From: an uncultured delta proteobacterium
GTDB lineage: Bacteria > Desulfobacterota > Binatia > UBA9968
Assembly (NCBI GenBank): GCA_963745035.1
Contig: CAVUVW010000013.1
Span: 1,902,398-1,966,397 of the forward strand
Length of the DNA stretch: 64,000 bases
Direction of reading: 5' to 3'
Position 1 is the first letter of the stretch, and every line of letters begins with the position of its first letter. Shown piece by piece: positions 32,417 through 43,072 of the stretch. The notes beneath the pieces were generated by a model, which ran no database searches, was not told where the DNA came from, and saw only the letters and a list, made by a program, of their open reading frames with translations. A program made the position numbers and the translations under genes.

Positions 32417-32690
32417 GACGCATCAGTTGTGGCGACGAGCAGCGGCAGAGCAATGAGGGGGGTGAGATGACTAATTGAGGCTCGGCGCGACTATGGTCGC
32501 ATCCTGCCTCACGGCAATATAGCAATTTACAATGAGCATCAATGTGAAGATGCCCGTAACTGCCCTCAACAGTCATGTAATTCTCTTCGGTCCTATTAAA
32601 TGACCAACGTCTACTAATGTTAGCGTTTCTTATGCCTCTTTGATTAGCAATTAGGTTATTTCCGTCTCGTCTATTTTTGTTACTTGCTCA

Positions 32691-32724
32691 TTATCCGCAG
32701 CTTATCCACAGATTTTGTGGATAA
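32691..32724. promoter_or_regulatory. Cluster of three DnaA boxes next to an AT-rich tract
   Basis: TTATCCGCA (32691), TTATCCACA (32702), inverted TGTGGATAA (32716). Confidence 0.6.
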
Positions 32725-33170
32725 CCTGAACGGAGGCACGAGGTCGCGTAATCTACGATAATCGAGAGGGTCGGTCGGCTACATCAGGGAAGTACGAGGT
32801 GCTAGCCAGGGACACTCAAGGCACTAGATTGGGGCTGTCAACGCAACTCTATTGGTCTGTACCCGCCGCACACGCCGGTGGCATGACAGGCGTGTCGCAA
32901 GGTGCACGGAATGTGTCATCGCTGTCATTCCTCGCGCAATTGTCGACTTCAATACTGCTATGCCACTCCCAACCATTTTTCCACATAGTTTCGGAAGTTT
33001 AGCGCTGTACCATTACGAGCAAGCTCCCGCAGGAACTCCAAGATAGCTGATTGGCATCCGTTCTGCTCTCCTGTACTCGTAAATTCCGTCAAGTGGTCTT
33101 GAGTCGCCCATTTAGACTCAGACCCGAGTCGCGGGTAATGATTGCCTTCATTTATATGGGGAGGGAAACT

Positions 33171-33372
33171 GATGGCGAATAAGAGCACAAACGGTAGCCC
33201 CGCAGCCCAAGTTTGCCTGGAGTTATTTCCTGATCCATTTGACCAGCTGCAAGACATTAAAAGCCGCATGACGAAATGGGATGAGCGGCATCGCTCTTTG
33301 CTCTCAGAGGCCGCGCAAACTGAAATCGAGCTGTATGGAAGACTCACCCCTCCTCATCCGAAAAGCTCTTAG
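33171..33372 (+). CDS. Small hypothetical protein
   Basis: GGGGAGG RBS, then MANKSTNG...; about 66 aa. Confidence 0.4.
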
Positions 33373-33459
33373 ATAGATATAGCCCTCTATGGCTAGAGAC
33401 CCGATGCTGGCGCCGCCGTGTCGCTTGAGGGTTTCGAGCCTAGTCGTTACGTGACCAAT

Positions 33460-33817
33460 GTGTCCATCGATAATGCGATCGGCAGCCTAGCTGTGAAAGA
33501 ACTCAAATCGTCCGTTGAGTGGTATCAGCGACATTTCGGAAGATCGCCGGACTCGATTCCCATGGCCACGGTTGCTGGAATGGAAGTTTCCTCGCGGCGG
33601 GTGGTTACAGGTATACGAGTTGCCGGACCGTGCTGGGCAGGGATCCTGCACGTTGGCGGTAAGCAATATCGACGAGATGATAGCAGTTGTCGAGAAGCTC
33701 GGAGTCAATACACGTCAAAGAACGTCGGAAGAGAAGGTGAAAACTCTGATGATCACTGATCCTGACGGGAATCACATCGCCTTCGCTGAGGCTATCGACA
33801 AAAACATGGCGAGATGA
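33460..33817 (+). CDS. VOC/glyoxalase family protein with a +1 frameshift near 33577
   Basis: LAVKELKSSVEWYQRHFGR then WKFPRGGWLQV...ITDPDGNHIAFAE. Confidence 0.75.
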
Positions 33818-34150
33818 ACCAGACTGTCGGACTCGACTTGACCGTACGGCAGAAATTCGTCTCCGGATCGACAATTTCTCGCCTGCCGGTTGACGGATTC
33901 ACAGCCGTCCAGAGTTCGACGCCTTGATAGCCTTTTATCATGGCCAGGACCTTACGGCGGGACCAGCCGTACGTCTACGAGTCTGAAGCACCGCTCTTAT
34001 AAGTAAAAAATGTTATGCAGATGAGTTGCAGGTCTTAAAGGCCAAAAGTATTTGTGCGTGCACGTCGGGAACTGAGAGCAGTTATCGGCCATTTTATGCC
34101 TGGCATCTGGGTTGCGACCATTTGGAACCGAAATCTTCCGGTGTCATCGC

Positions 34151-34993
34151 ATGAAGCAGCCGAAGCGACAAAAGCAGCAAGAGAAGCTCGATGATCTAAT
34201 CAGAGACTTGGAGCGTGATCTTTCGGAAGGTAAAAGCCAGGTTGCTGTGCTTGAGGAAGCCTACAAACGCCTGGACGAAAGCGAGCGACTTTGCCGAGAA
34301 CTTGTCGACGAGAACAGGCGTCTGTTAACAGAAAACAGTGGCTTGCGGGAGCGCTCTGCTAAGAATGAAGAGAACGAAAGACAGCTAAGTACACTTCAGC
34401 AACAGCTCGAAACATTACAAGCACAGCACGAACGAGCAGTCGAACGAAACCGGGAACTCGAACAAAAACTGACGCTTGGTAGGGATACGCAGATCAGTAC
34501 TTCACAGGCTGCTCAGAGTGACGGCACCGGTATTAGCCAGAATACAGCTAACGCATTTCAAGCAGTTGTCCGGTCAACACAAATCGCCGGCGCGTGGATC
34601 CGTGGCAATTCGCGTGTTGCCTTGGCATTTGCTTGTGTCGTTATTCTCGTGATTGCCGCAGCACTCACGCTCGGAAGAAAGGAAGCGGGACCATCGAAGC
34701 GTCTACCTGCCTACGAATCAGAACATAGAACGGAAATTGAGCACGCGCCGGAACCGACGGTAAAGCCCGTGGTCAACACTGTTCGGCCCATCCGAGGTGT
34801 GTTTCAAACTGTCCGTCCGGCTATCGTGTATAGTAGACCAGGTGAGGAGTCAGAGATTGTAGCTAACATCACAAAAGGAACCCGGGTGAATGTTGTGAAT
34901 TCGCGCAATGGCTGGCTAGAAATCCACTCTAAGCACGGGAGACCGCCGGGATTCATACGCCAAGAGGTCGCGGAACGTGTAGCCTCGAACTGA
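34151..34993 (+). CDS. Coiled-coil / single TM / C-terminal bacterial SH3 domain protein
   Basis: Heptad-rich N-terminus, TM ALAFACVVILVIAAALTL, IVANITKGTRVNVV..RNGWLEI...GFI. Confidence 0.7.
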   Translation: MKQPKRQKQQEKLDDLIRDLERDLSEGKSQVAVLEEAYKRLDESERLCRELVDENRRLLTENSGLRERSAKNEENERQLSTLQQQLETLQAQHERAVERNRELEQKLTLGRDTQISTSQAAQSDGTGISQNTANAFQAVVRSTQIAGAWIRGNSRVALAFACVVILVIAAALTLGRKEAGPSKRLPAYESEHRTEIEHAPEPTVKPVVNTVRPIRGVFQTVRPAIVYSRPGEESEIVANITKGTRVNVVNSRNGWLEIHSKHGRPPGFIRQEVAERVASN

Positions 34994-35192
34994 CCTCTGA
35001 ATCGGTTTTCATTGAATTTTGGCTTCCCCTCATAACGACTCGCGAAAAGTCATCTGCGTCCTCGGCCACTCAATATCGCTGGTCCCGTACTTCAAATTGA
35101 TGGTCTTGCGGTGAGTTAGCTTCCCGTTCAGCATGATTCCGGCCTCAAGGTCGATGGTGCCGACGTAAATCCAGTTGCTCGCCTGATAATCG

Positions 35193-35211
35193 CTGAAAAT
35201 CGTCGTGTCGG
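35193..35211 (+). mobile_element. tRNA-Phe fragment starting at the anticodon loop (att-like remnant)
   Basis: CTGAAAATCGTCGTGTCGG versus typical tRNA-Phe CTGAAAATCCTCGTGTCGG. Confidence 0.5.
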
Positions 35212-35665
35212 ATCAGGTTCTCGATATTGATGTGGAGGCGGACAATTTGCGGACAGGTTGGTGAAATCACCAGTAGGCATCGATAGTGAGTGCAGCCCTG
35301 CTGATGTTCAATCAGTTGGTCTGAAGCGATCAGACACGGCTCGGAACGAAAGAGGATCACCAATTACGAGCGAGAGTCTTATTTGTGAATTCGTTCGAAG
35401 AATCCGACGTTTTCAAGTTCCTTCATGGGCGTGGCCGTCCGCCGCACTGGATATTTTTTTGGAGCACATCACTCCATAACTCTCACGATCAGTCATGGGG
35501 ATGGACGCTTCTTCGGGACTTTGGTGTGATCCAGACAGACTAGAGCGCTACTCGTTTGTCCGCCGGGATGAGGCGACTACGGACAGTGTTCGCTGGGTTT
35601 GGTTTGAACGCGTTTTGTTTCACAAGTCTTTTTTGGACTTGCATGGAACAGGCTCGATCTCAAAT

Positions 35666-35762
35666 TGGTGGAGGCGGGGGGAATTATACTCCGGCCATAA
35701 GTAGTTGACTTCGTGGATATTAACTCATCAAGAAATGTTTCGTGCCCCCAAAGTGGCCCCCA
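35666..35762 (-). mobile_element. att remnant: tmRNA (ssrA) 3'-end fragment with arm-like repeats
   Basis: TGGTGGAGGCGGGGGGAAT is the reverse complement of ATTCCCCCCGCCTCCACCA; followed by TAAGTAGTTGA and GCCCCCA twice. Confidence 0.65.
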
Positions 35763-35978
35763 TGTACAGTAGCTTCAGCCGGACAGCGTCGGACGATCCT
35801 GGACATACCGCGAATCAATTCAATCCTCCGGGCTACTGCGCAGAACGGCAAAGTGGAATCAGCAGCAGCTGAATCCAACGACAGCATTTTTCCTCCGTAA
35901 TAAATCACGAGGATTGAATCGCTGGAGAGCGTACTTCAAACTGGACTTTGAAACATGGCGGAAACGGCGCTCCCACAT

Positions 35979-36054
35979 TTCCGGAACGACGATTCTTTAC
36001 GACAGCAACTAACGGTCAACCAGTAGGTCGCTGGGATCGAGCCGGCTACGGAAG
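35979..36054 (+). pseudogene. Heavily degenerate tRNA (Asn/Asp-like)
   Basis: TTCCGGA/TACGGAA acceptor, AGGTC variable loop, GCTGG-N7-CCGGC T arm; D arm lost. Confidence 0.3.
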
Positions 36055-36056
36055 GT

Positions 36057-36216
36057 ACCCGACACGAGGATTTTCAGTCCTCTGTTGGTAGCGGGACTAT
36101 ATGACACTATCGGTCGCTATTGGTATCTATTCAAGCATTTAACGGCGGTCTCAGCCGGTCGTTTTACCGATTCGACCAAATAGTGGCATATAGTTCTGGC
36201 AAAGTTGTGACAAAGT
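36057..36216 (-). mobile_element. att remnant: tRNA-Phe(GAA) anticodon-arm fragment plus arm-type repeats
   Basis: CCGACACGAGGATTTTCAGTCCTCTG is the reverse complement of the tRNA-Phe anticodon arm; GGCAAAGT/GACAAAGT with 11-bp period at 36198-36216. Confidence 0.7.
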
Positions 36217-36462
36217 AGAGATCCAATCCTCCTGTTTATCTGTCGTTACCGAGCTTCAAGGTCCCGGCTCGGAACGGAGATCAGGAGAGGCATCAATGGC
36301 AAACATTTGAAAGGATGACAGTGCGCTTGCGAGGCTGAGGGTATCAATAGATGACTGCACTTATGGAATCAGTCATCTAGTCCAGCACAGGCTTGGCACA
36401 ACGTAAGCTGGGTTTCTATGGGATAAGACTTGCTACAGTTCAAAGCCCAACAAAACACCGCT

Positions 36463-38439
36463 TCAATCATATGCGGTACGCGGCGACTGGGGCTTGTTTA
36501 GGTCATCTTGTCCATCCCGAAGCGTGCGAATCAGGTTACCCCGAATAATCAGATCCGAAATCTCCAAACGTGTCATGGCTTCGTTGTGGCGCTCCTGAAG
36601 GTTGGCACAAGGAACGGTCGATCCGTTCGATGCGGCGTAGCACGTTGAGAGGTTTATTGGACCATAGCGCTTCACAAGATAGTGCTCCCCATCGGCGAAG
36701 CTACCGTCGCGGAATACAACTAACGAGGGCCGGTTCGCAGTAAGGTCCTGCCCGAGCATGATCGAACTAGAGTCGTTGACTCCCAGTAAGCCGAGGAGTG
36801 TCGGAGCAATATCCACCTGACCACCGGTAACAGAGCGAGTACCAGCGTGCTCTCCATTTGGCAGACGAATCAACAGCGGCACTCTCTTCATCGTTTGTAA
36901 GTCACGAAGGCGATCTTCATGTGAGTAATTAAGAAGTCCTGGAAGGTCAGGTGCCAAGCCTGTGTACGCCCTGTGATCTCCATAGATTGCAAACACCGTC
37001 CGATCCAATACTCCGTCGGCCCGCAGTTGTTCGACGAACTCTCCAATTGCCTGATCGAAGTAGTTGGAGGTGTGAAGGTAATCGCCAAGAATCGTTCCCT
37101 CCAGTTTCCCAAGGTTAAGGACACGTTGCTTGGGCAGAAGCTTGTATGGGTGATGATTAGAGGCGCTGAGAATGAACGCAAAGAACGGCTCGGCCAGGGC
37201 ACGCAGCCGCGGAACTGTCTGATCGAAGAAATCACGATCTGCCATCCATGGACCGATCCGTTCCCGAATATTATAGCTATCTTCGAAGTAGGACTGCTGG
37301 ATCCCGTACTTGCCGTGCATCACACGCATATACCAGAAGTCGGCATGCGCCGCGTGGGCTGACATCGTCGCGTATCCGCGCTTCCGTAGAATCGTTGGGA
37401 GTCCGTAAAAATCGTTATGGCGATAATGAGCCACGACTACACCAATTGGAACGGGGTGCAGCGCCTGTAACGCGAGGAACTCACCATCAGAAGTAGTGCC
37501 AAGGTGCGTTTGCTCATGAATATTATCGAAGTAGATACTTTCTTTTACGAGCCGGTTAAGGTGCGGCGAGATGGCCTGCCCGTTTACCTCCATCCCTATC
37601 AAGAATGTCTGAAACGATTCCGCGCTGATCAGGACCACGTTGCGATTCGCCGCTGCGCCGAAAAGCCGAGAGCGTGGCTTTCTCCGAGCATCTTCAATGA
37701 GGTAATCCCGCACACGCTGCACCTCTTCTGGCGGGACGACCAGGTTCCTGTAATTGGTCGTCAAGAAGGTATGCAGATCCCACGCATGGTATGGAAGCAG
37801 TCCAAGACTGGCAGTAACCTCGCGCGGCCAGTAGGCAAATGCCAACAATCCGGTCCTTTCCTGCGTAAGTAGGCGGACGCTGGGTGCGGCTACTATAGCG
37901 CTCAGCCCGCAGGCGATTAGAAAAGCCCCTAACATGTACGGCCACTGCAATGGTGGAGCATCACGGCTGTTGCGGATATAGACCGGCACGAGCAGCGCAG
38001 CGACAATGATGTCCAAGTAGAGAACTCCGTAAGCAGGTTTGATTAATGCGAGGATGCTAGGAATCAGGGTTCCTAGATGCATCAAAGCAGTCTTGCTCAT
38101 CCATGCCGAAAGGGGACCCCCGTAGAATGTCGCATGGATCATATTTGCGACCACTAGTGTGGTCACCACAAAGTTGAGTATCAGTAGCAGTAGAAATCGA
38201 GGAGCGCGCGAAAACAGGAGCAGAGGCGTACAGACCAGGAGCAATGAGGCGAAATTGGCCCCGAGTACTTCCGGATGCAGTTGCAATAGTCCGCTCACGG
38301 CGACCTTTGAAACCCACGTCACATCTACCGCCACGTGGAAAATCAACATCTTGATCCAGAGAAGACAAACAGTCGCGGTCAACGGCACCGCGTCCAGTAG
38401 GGCGGTGCGATTCAGGGGATATAGCGTCGGAATCTTTAT
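36463..38439 (-). CDS. LTA synthase family protein (membrane-bound sulfatase/phosphoglycerol transferase fold)
   Basis: 5 N-terminal TMs; AES, GTTSDGEF (catalytic Thr), SNHHPY, YGDH; start unclear (ATA after GGGAGG; the TTG at 38490 lies in the IS remnant). Confidence 0.88.
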   Translation of the reverse strand: MKIPTLYPLNRTALLDAVPLTATVCLLWIKMLIFHVAVDVTWVSKVAVSGLLQLHPEVLGANFASLLLVCTPLLLFSRAPRFLLLLILNFVVTTLVVANMIHATFYGGPLSAWMSKTALMHLGTLIPSILALIKPAYGVLYLDIIVAALLVPVYIRNSRDAPPLQWPYMLGAFLIACGLSAIVAAPSVRLLTQERTGLLAFAYWPREVTASLGLLPYHAWDLHTFLTTNYRNLVVPPEEVQRVRDYLIEDARRKPRSRLFGAAANRNVVLISAESFQTFLIGMEVNGQAISPHLNRLVKESIYFDNIHEQTHLGTTSDGEFLALQALHPVPIGVVVAHYRHNDFYGLPTILRKRGYATMSAHAAHADFWYMRVMHGKYGIQQSYFEDSYNIRERIGPWMADRDFFDQTVPRLRALAEPFFAFILSASNHHPYKLLPKQRVLNLGKLEGTILGDYLHTSNYFDQAIGEFVEQLRADGVLDRTVFAIYGDHRAYTGLAPDLPGLLNYSHEDRLRDLQTMKRVPLLIRLPNGEHAGTRSVTGGQVDIAPTLLGLLGVNDSSSIMLGQDLTANRPSLVVFRDGSFADGEHYLVKRYGPINLSTCYAASNGSTVPCANLQERHNEAMTRLEISDLIIRGNLIRTLRDGQDDLNKPQSPRTAYD

Positions 38440-38479
38440 TGTAGCCCTCCCGCCCAAATCGCGCGACGAACTGGTATCA

Positions 38480-38672
<193 letters not shown>

Positions 38673-39078
38673 ACCCAGGCGCGATCGATCTGTCCCGGCC
38701 TAGTTAGGTTTGGTATGATACACCAAAATCAAGATAGAAGATGCTAAAAAGAATCCAGGCTTGCATAGCGAGAAGAGGAACAACCGTCTTCGCTTATTCC
38801 AACGTCCGACGTTCGGGCTGCAGCTGAAATGATCTCGCCGATTCTAGTTAATTCGGTAATGAGGCTCTCATGCAAGTCACATCTGTGTCACATGAGGAAT
38901 ATTTCACGAAGTTGACAGCTCGTTGGCGGGAGTTCACGCCCGAGGAAATCGCACTGCTTTCAGTCTGATCTTAGGCTTTATGGCTCAAATCGTTCAGGGC
39001 TACGCTCAGTCGGAATCGGTTAGCGGCCCTGCTCGTTATAGTTCTTCTGTTATTCAGAAGCTAAGTGAGGAGGCCTAG

Positions 39079-41040
39079 ATGACGATGCGGCGACGTCCTA
39101 AAATCGCATTGAGCCTTTGCGCTGCCATTCTGGTGGCTGCTTGGGTAAGCGCTGGGCAGCCGTTAAAGACCTGGCTTTATTTCTTCACCCAATCACTGGT
39201 GCAGCTTGTGGAGGAGGTGGCGCAACAACGAGAAATACAGCGTGATCTCGCGGTCGGGCTGAGTTTCAGTGACGGCTCTCTGATCTCTACAGGTTTTAAA
39301 GGAACAATCATTTATGTCTTAGGCGATTCGACCGCGCGGCGTCATCTCTCGCTCTACGGTTATCATAGGCAGACAACCCCGAAACTCAACCGGCTTCACG
39401 ATTTCCTGCTGGTCCAGCAGGACACGAGCTCGCGATATTCGGACCCGACGCTGTCGCTGGCCGAGAACTTGAGTTCAGACATTCTCCGTCGAGAGGGCTC
39501 TCGAGAGAGTTACCGGTTGAATCTTATCACGGAACTGCGCCGGGCCGGATTCAAAACGTGGTGGCTTTCGAACAAAAACGATTTCAGAATGTGGGATGAC
39601 CCATCCTCTCTGATCGGCAAGCAAGCTCACGTCCAGCACTTCAGCATAAAGTCAGTCGGAACCTCGCTGTGGAGCGAGTTTTACGACGACCAACTGTTTC
39701 CAGATCTGGACGCAGCGCTGCAAGATTCGGCTTCGAGAAAGTTTGTCGTCATGAATCTCTATGCCCTGCATTCGGGTTATTGTGACGGGATTCCGCAACA
39801 GTTCAGGAACGTTCTCAAGGAGGACGATGGCTTGGGCAAGAAATTCTTCGGCGATGCTCCAGACCTTAGCGCCCGCGTCAACTGCTATGATAATGCGGTT
39901 CGGTACGTCGACGACATTCTTGATCGGATCATCACCAAAGCAAAGTCGCAGACGACTCCTACCATCATGATCTATCTGTCCGTTCGCGGGGACAGTCCAG
40001 CCCAAAAAAGCTGGCGAAACCCGCTCGCACCCTCTAGTTATTACAATGAGGTGCCGCATTTATGGTACTTCAACAATGACGCACGTGAGGTACTGTCCCC
40101 CAAGATCACCGCGCTGAAGGCTAATTTGGATAAGCCTTATGCAGCGGGCGACATGTTCCACACGGTGCTCGATCTAGTTGGAGCCAATCCAATACAATAC
40201 GATGCCTCTCTTTCTATCGCTTCAAACGAGTTTCTATCACATTCACGAAAAACCGTCTCAGGCGGCGATTTGGGCCAGATCGTTTACCACGCACGCGGAG
40301 CGCTGGGTAAGATGGATTATCTTGAGATTGCACGTCTAGAGCTTGCATATGTAAAGGCGACGCGGCCGTTGGACTACAGAAAGTTAGGGGCCCATCGCGT
40401 TAACACAATTGGCAAGTTGATAGAGGCAAAATCTCTTTTCGCAGGTGTAGAGGTTGACGTTGTATTTGACAACAAAGCTGGCGATTTCTTTGTCTACCAT
40501 CCGCCCAAGGAAAGTCACGGCCTCAAGCTCCGAGAACTTCTACTTGCTGCGAAGGACCGCACTGACCTTTGGTTCTGGTTAGACTGGAAGAACGCCAAGG
40601 AAGAGTTTTTCGATGCGGCATTCGTTCGCCTCGTCGCTCTTGAGAAGGAGTTTTCGATTAAATCTCGGACCTTGGTAGAAACTGGATCAGATGCGATCTT
40701 TTCTTCACTGCGCGGTCTATCCAGGTCAGGATTTACCCATAGCTATTACGTACCCACACGTGAAGCAATCTTGTGCACGCAGCAACCTAGAGAAACGAAA
40801 TGCGTCGAATTTGCAAAAGCGGTGGCCGCTCGTGCAAGGCAAATAGGAGCCGGTGTAATCAGCTTTGATGGTAACGCTTCCCAGTTTATCAACGCGAATA
40901 TGCATAACTTCGCAGACTTGCGAATTGCGAGTTGGCAGCTTAATCTATCCGCTTCCGATCAAGGCTTCTCATCTAAGATCGGCCCTCTCGATGGAATCGA
41001 TATCCTACTTGTCAGATTCCCTTCCGTTTTTTCTTATTAA
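39079..41040 (+). CDS. Phosphoethanolamine-transferase/sulfatase-like domain fused to a C-terminal GDPD-like domain
   Basis: YVLGDS..RRHLSLYGYHRQTTPKL, AGFKTWWLSN, YDNAVRYVD; C-terminal AHRVN...GVEVDV...YHP...WLDWK. Confidence 0.75.
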   Translation: MTMRRRPKIALSLCAAILVAAWVSAGQPLKTWLYFFTQSLVQLVEEVAQQREIQRDLAVGLSFSDGSLISTGFKGTIIYVLGDSTARRHLSLYGYHRQTTPKLNRLHDFLLVQQDTSSRYSDPTLSLAENLSSDILRREGSRESYRLNLITELRRAGFKTWWLSNKNDFRMWDDPSSLIGKQAHVQHFSIKSVGTSLWSEFYDDQLFPDLDAALQDSASRKFVVMNLYALHSGYCDGIPQQFRNVLKEDDGLGKKFFGDAPDLSARVNCYDNAVRYVDDILDRIITKAKSQTTPTIMIYLSVRGDSPAQKSWRNPLAPSSYYNEVPHLWYFNNDAREVLSPKITALKANLDKPYAAGDMFHTVLDLVGANPIQYDASLSIASNEFLSHSRKTVSGGDLGQIVYHARGALGKMDYLEIARLELAYVKATRPLDYRKLGAHRVNTIGKLIEAKSLFAGVEVDVVFDNKAGDFFVYHPPKESHGLKLRELLLAAKDRTDLWFWLDWKNAKEEFFDAAFVRLVALEKEFSIKSRTLVETGSDAIFSSLRGLSRSGFTHSYYVPTREAILCTQQPRETKCVEFAKAVAARARQIGAGVISFDGNASQFINANMHNFADLRIASWQLNLSASDQGFSSKIGPLDGIDILLVRFPSVFSY

Positions 41041-41045
41041 TGATG

Positions 41046-41090
41046 CTGGCATCCGCCTCACGCAAACGGTCAAAAGGAACTTTCAACAGT
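41046..41090. repeat. 45-bp exact copy of 62820-62864
   Basis: ctggcatccgcctcacgcaaacggtcaaaaggaactttcaacagt at both loci. Confidence 0.85.
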
Positions 41091-41867
41091 GGTCGGTCTC
41101 GGCCTCGACAGTCACATCTTCGAGTTCGATTTTTTCTTCGCGCATGAAGGTTACACACGTCCTGCAGTCGGGCTGGCTATTTTCGTTCTAGCGATCTTGT
41201 AGCAACAAGTCTTCGCCAGTTTTAATCGCCTGATACAACGTGCCCAGCCGGATGATTTGTGCGATGAGCTCGGTGCGGGTCGCCTGACTATCTTTAAGCC
41301 GCCCGAGCTCTGCGGCTAGGGTATCCATCAGCTTGTCGACCAATTCCAATTGTTCTTTTGTGTCCGTGGCTTCACCCCGCTCTAATGACTTTGGTCATTC
41401 GCACGACTAGTTTAAGAGCGAGCGCCTTCCCCCGAATCACCAGTCACGCCATCTGATAATTACAAACCACGCACGTCCGTTCACCGCTTGTACACGCACA
41501 TTCTTCGCCGGCTCACGCACCGTGATTCCGACGTATCCGCCGCAACGCGGTCATGCTCCGGCGAGATAGCGGCCATAGCTCAGGCGTACAGGTAAACCGT
41601 CCAGGTACACACCGAAACCGTTGCGATAGTGAGCCAGAAAAGGCCTCGACGATAGGGCATTGTCCACCTCCAGAATTACGCGGAGACATAGCGCGTTTGA
41701 GTGAGACAGGTCAACCAACCAGCTCGAAAGGGGCCCTTTCACTCAAGCAATATTATGACAGGCTGTATTTAGTGAGCACGAAGAAGCAGTCGAGTTGAAG
41801 GCTGTTCGAGCGAAAGGGTTGCCCATACATGTTCGTTTAAGGAGGCCGCAATAATAGGAGATTCGAT

Positions 41868-42866
41868 ATGCGAAACCTCATTCGAGCTATCGGTCTTATA
41901 TCGGTCTTATTCTACTTCCCTGACATGGGTACAGGGGCTCCGTTTGCCTACATCACAAACCTAGAGGACAACACCGTCTCGGTTATCGACACGGCTTCGA
42001 ATGATGTGAAGACGGTGCAGGTGGGAACTCGCCCTAAAGGAGTTGCGGTACACCCCGATGGGAGCCGTGTCTACGTAGCAAATTCCATCGACCATACCGT
42101 CTCTGTGATCAACACAGCTTCGAATACTGCGATAGCAGCGGTCGCAGTTGGGAATTCCCCTGAGGGTGTGGCGGTAAACGCTGATGGGAGCCGTGCCTAC
42201 GTGACAAGCAACGGCGATAGCACCGTCTCTGTCATCGATACGGCTTCAAACACTGTGATAGCAAGAGTAGTGGTGGGAAGGTTCCCTTTAGGCGCGGCGA
42301 TACAACCTAATGGGAGCCGTGTCTATGTGGCAAACGCGATGGACAACACTGTCTCTGTCATCAATACGGCCTCAAACACTGTGATAGCGACGGTGCCGGT
42401 GGAGAGTTTCCCTTACGGCGCGGCTGTACACTCTGATGGGAGCCGTGTCTATGTGACAAATAGGAACAGCAACACCATGTCGATTATCAACACGGCTTCG
42501 AATACAGTTGTGGGAACCGTGGAGGTAGGAGTTTGGCCCATTGGAGTTGCGGTACACGGTAGCGGGAGCCGTGTCTACGTGACAAACTCCCTCGACAACA
42601 CCCTCTCGGTTATAGACACGGCTTCGAACACGGTCGTGAGATGGGTGGGAGTGGGAATTAGTCCTGGTGGAGTTGCAGTACACCCTGACGGGAAACTTGT
42701 GTACGTGGCAAACACAGGCTCAAATACCATCACTCTGATCGCCACGGCCCCAAGCTTTCCCCTGGGGACCGTCGCGGTGGGACGTAGGCCTTTCGCGTTC
42801 GGGCATTTCATAGGACCCGGCGTAGTGCCGTCCGCAGCAGCCCCTCAAAGATTGCAGTTGCGGTAG
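41868..42866 (+). CDS. Secreted YVTN/YncE beta-propeller protein
   Basis: Signal peptide and about seven 42-aa repeats (DGSRVYVxN..DNTVSVIDTASN). Confidence 0.9.
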   Translation: MRNLIRAIGLISVLFYFPDMGTGAPFAYITNLEDNTVSVIDTASNDVKTVQVGTRPKGVAVHPDGSRVYVANSIDHTVSVINTASNTAIAAVAVGNSPEGVAVNADGSRAYVTSNGDSTVSVIDTASNTVIARVVVGRFPLGAAIQPNGSRVYVANAMDNTVSVINTASNTVIATVPVESFPYGAAVHSDGSRVYVTNRNSNTMSIINTASNTVVGTVEVGVWPIGVAVHGSGSRVYVTNSLDNTLSVIDTASNTVVRWVGVGISPGGVAVHPDGKLVYVANTGSNTITLIATAPSFPLGTVAVGRRPFAFGHFIGPGVVPSAAAPQRLQLR

Positions 42867-43072
42867 GAAGATCCATCAGCCTACGTGCGATGGCTTCGGT
42901 CGGCTTAAGCGATTCTAATCTCTTGACCGTAATTTGAGATACTCCCTGCGTCAGAAATGAATTTGCATGATTTGGAACGAAGACAATCTTGTAGAATTCG
43001 CATCCAGTGCCCTTGCTAGGGCGCGGTACCGTTGTAGCGCCACTTCAATGATCGTCCCGCATCGATTCAGAG

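Noticed and set aside
32799-32875. GCCAGGGAC as another tRNA-Phe end or a recombinase C-terminal remnant
   Set aside because: Only about 9 bp match; too short to support.
41940-42780. 126-bp periodic repeats as a CRISPR or other array
   Set aside because: They are the coding repeats of the YVTN beta-propeller.
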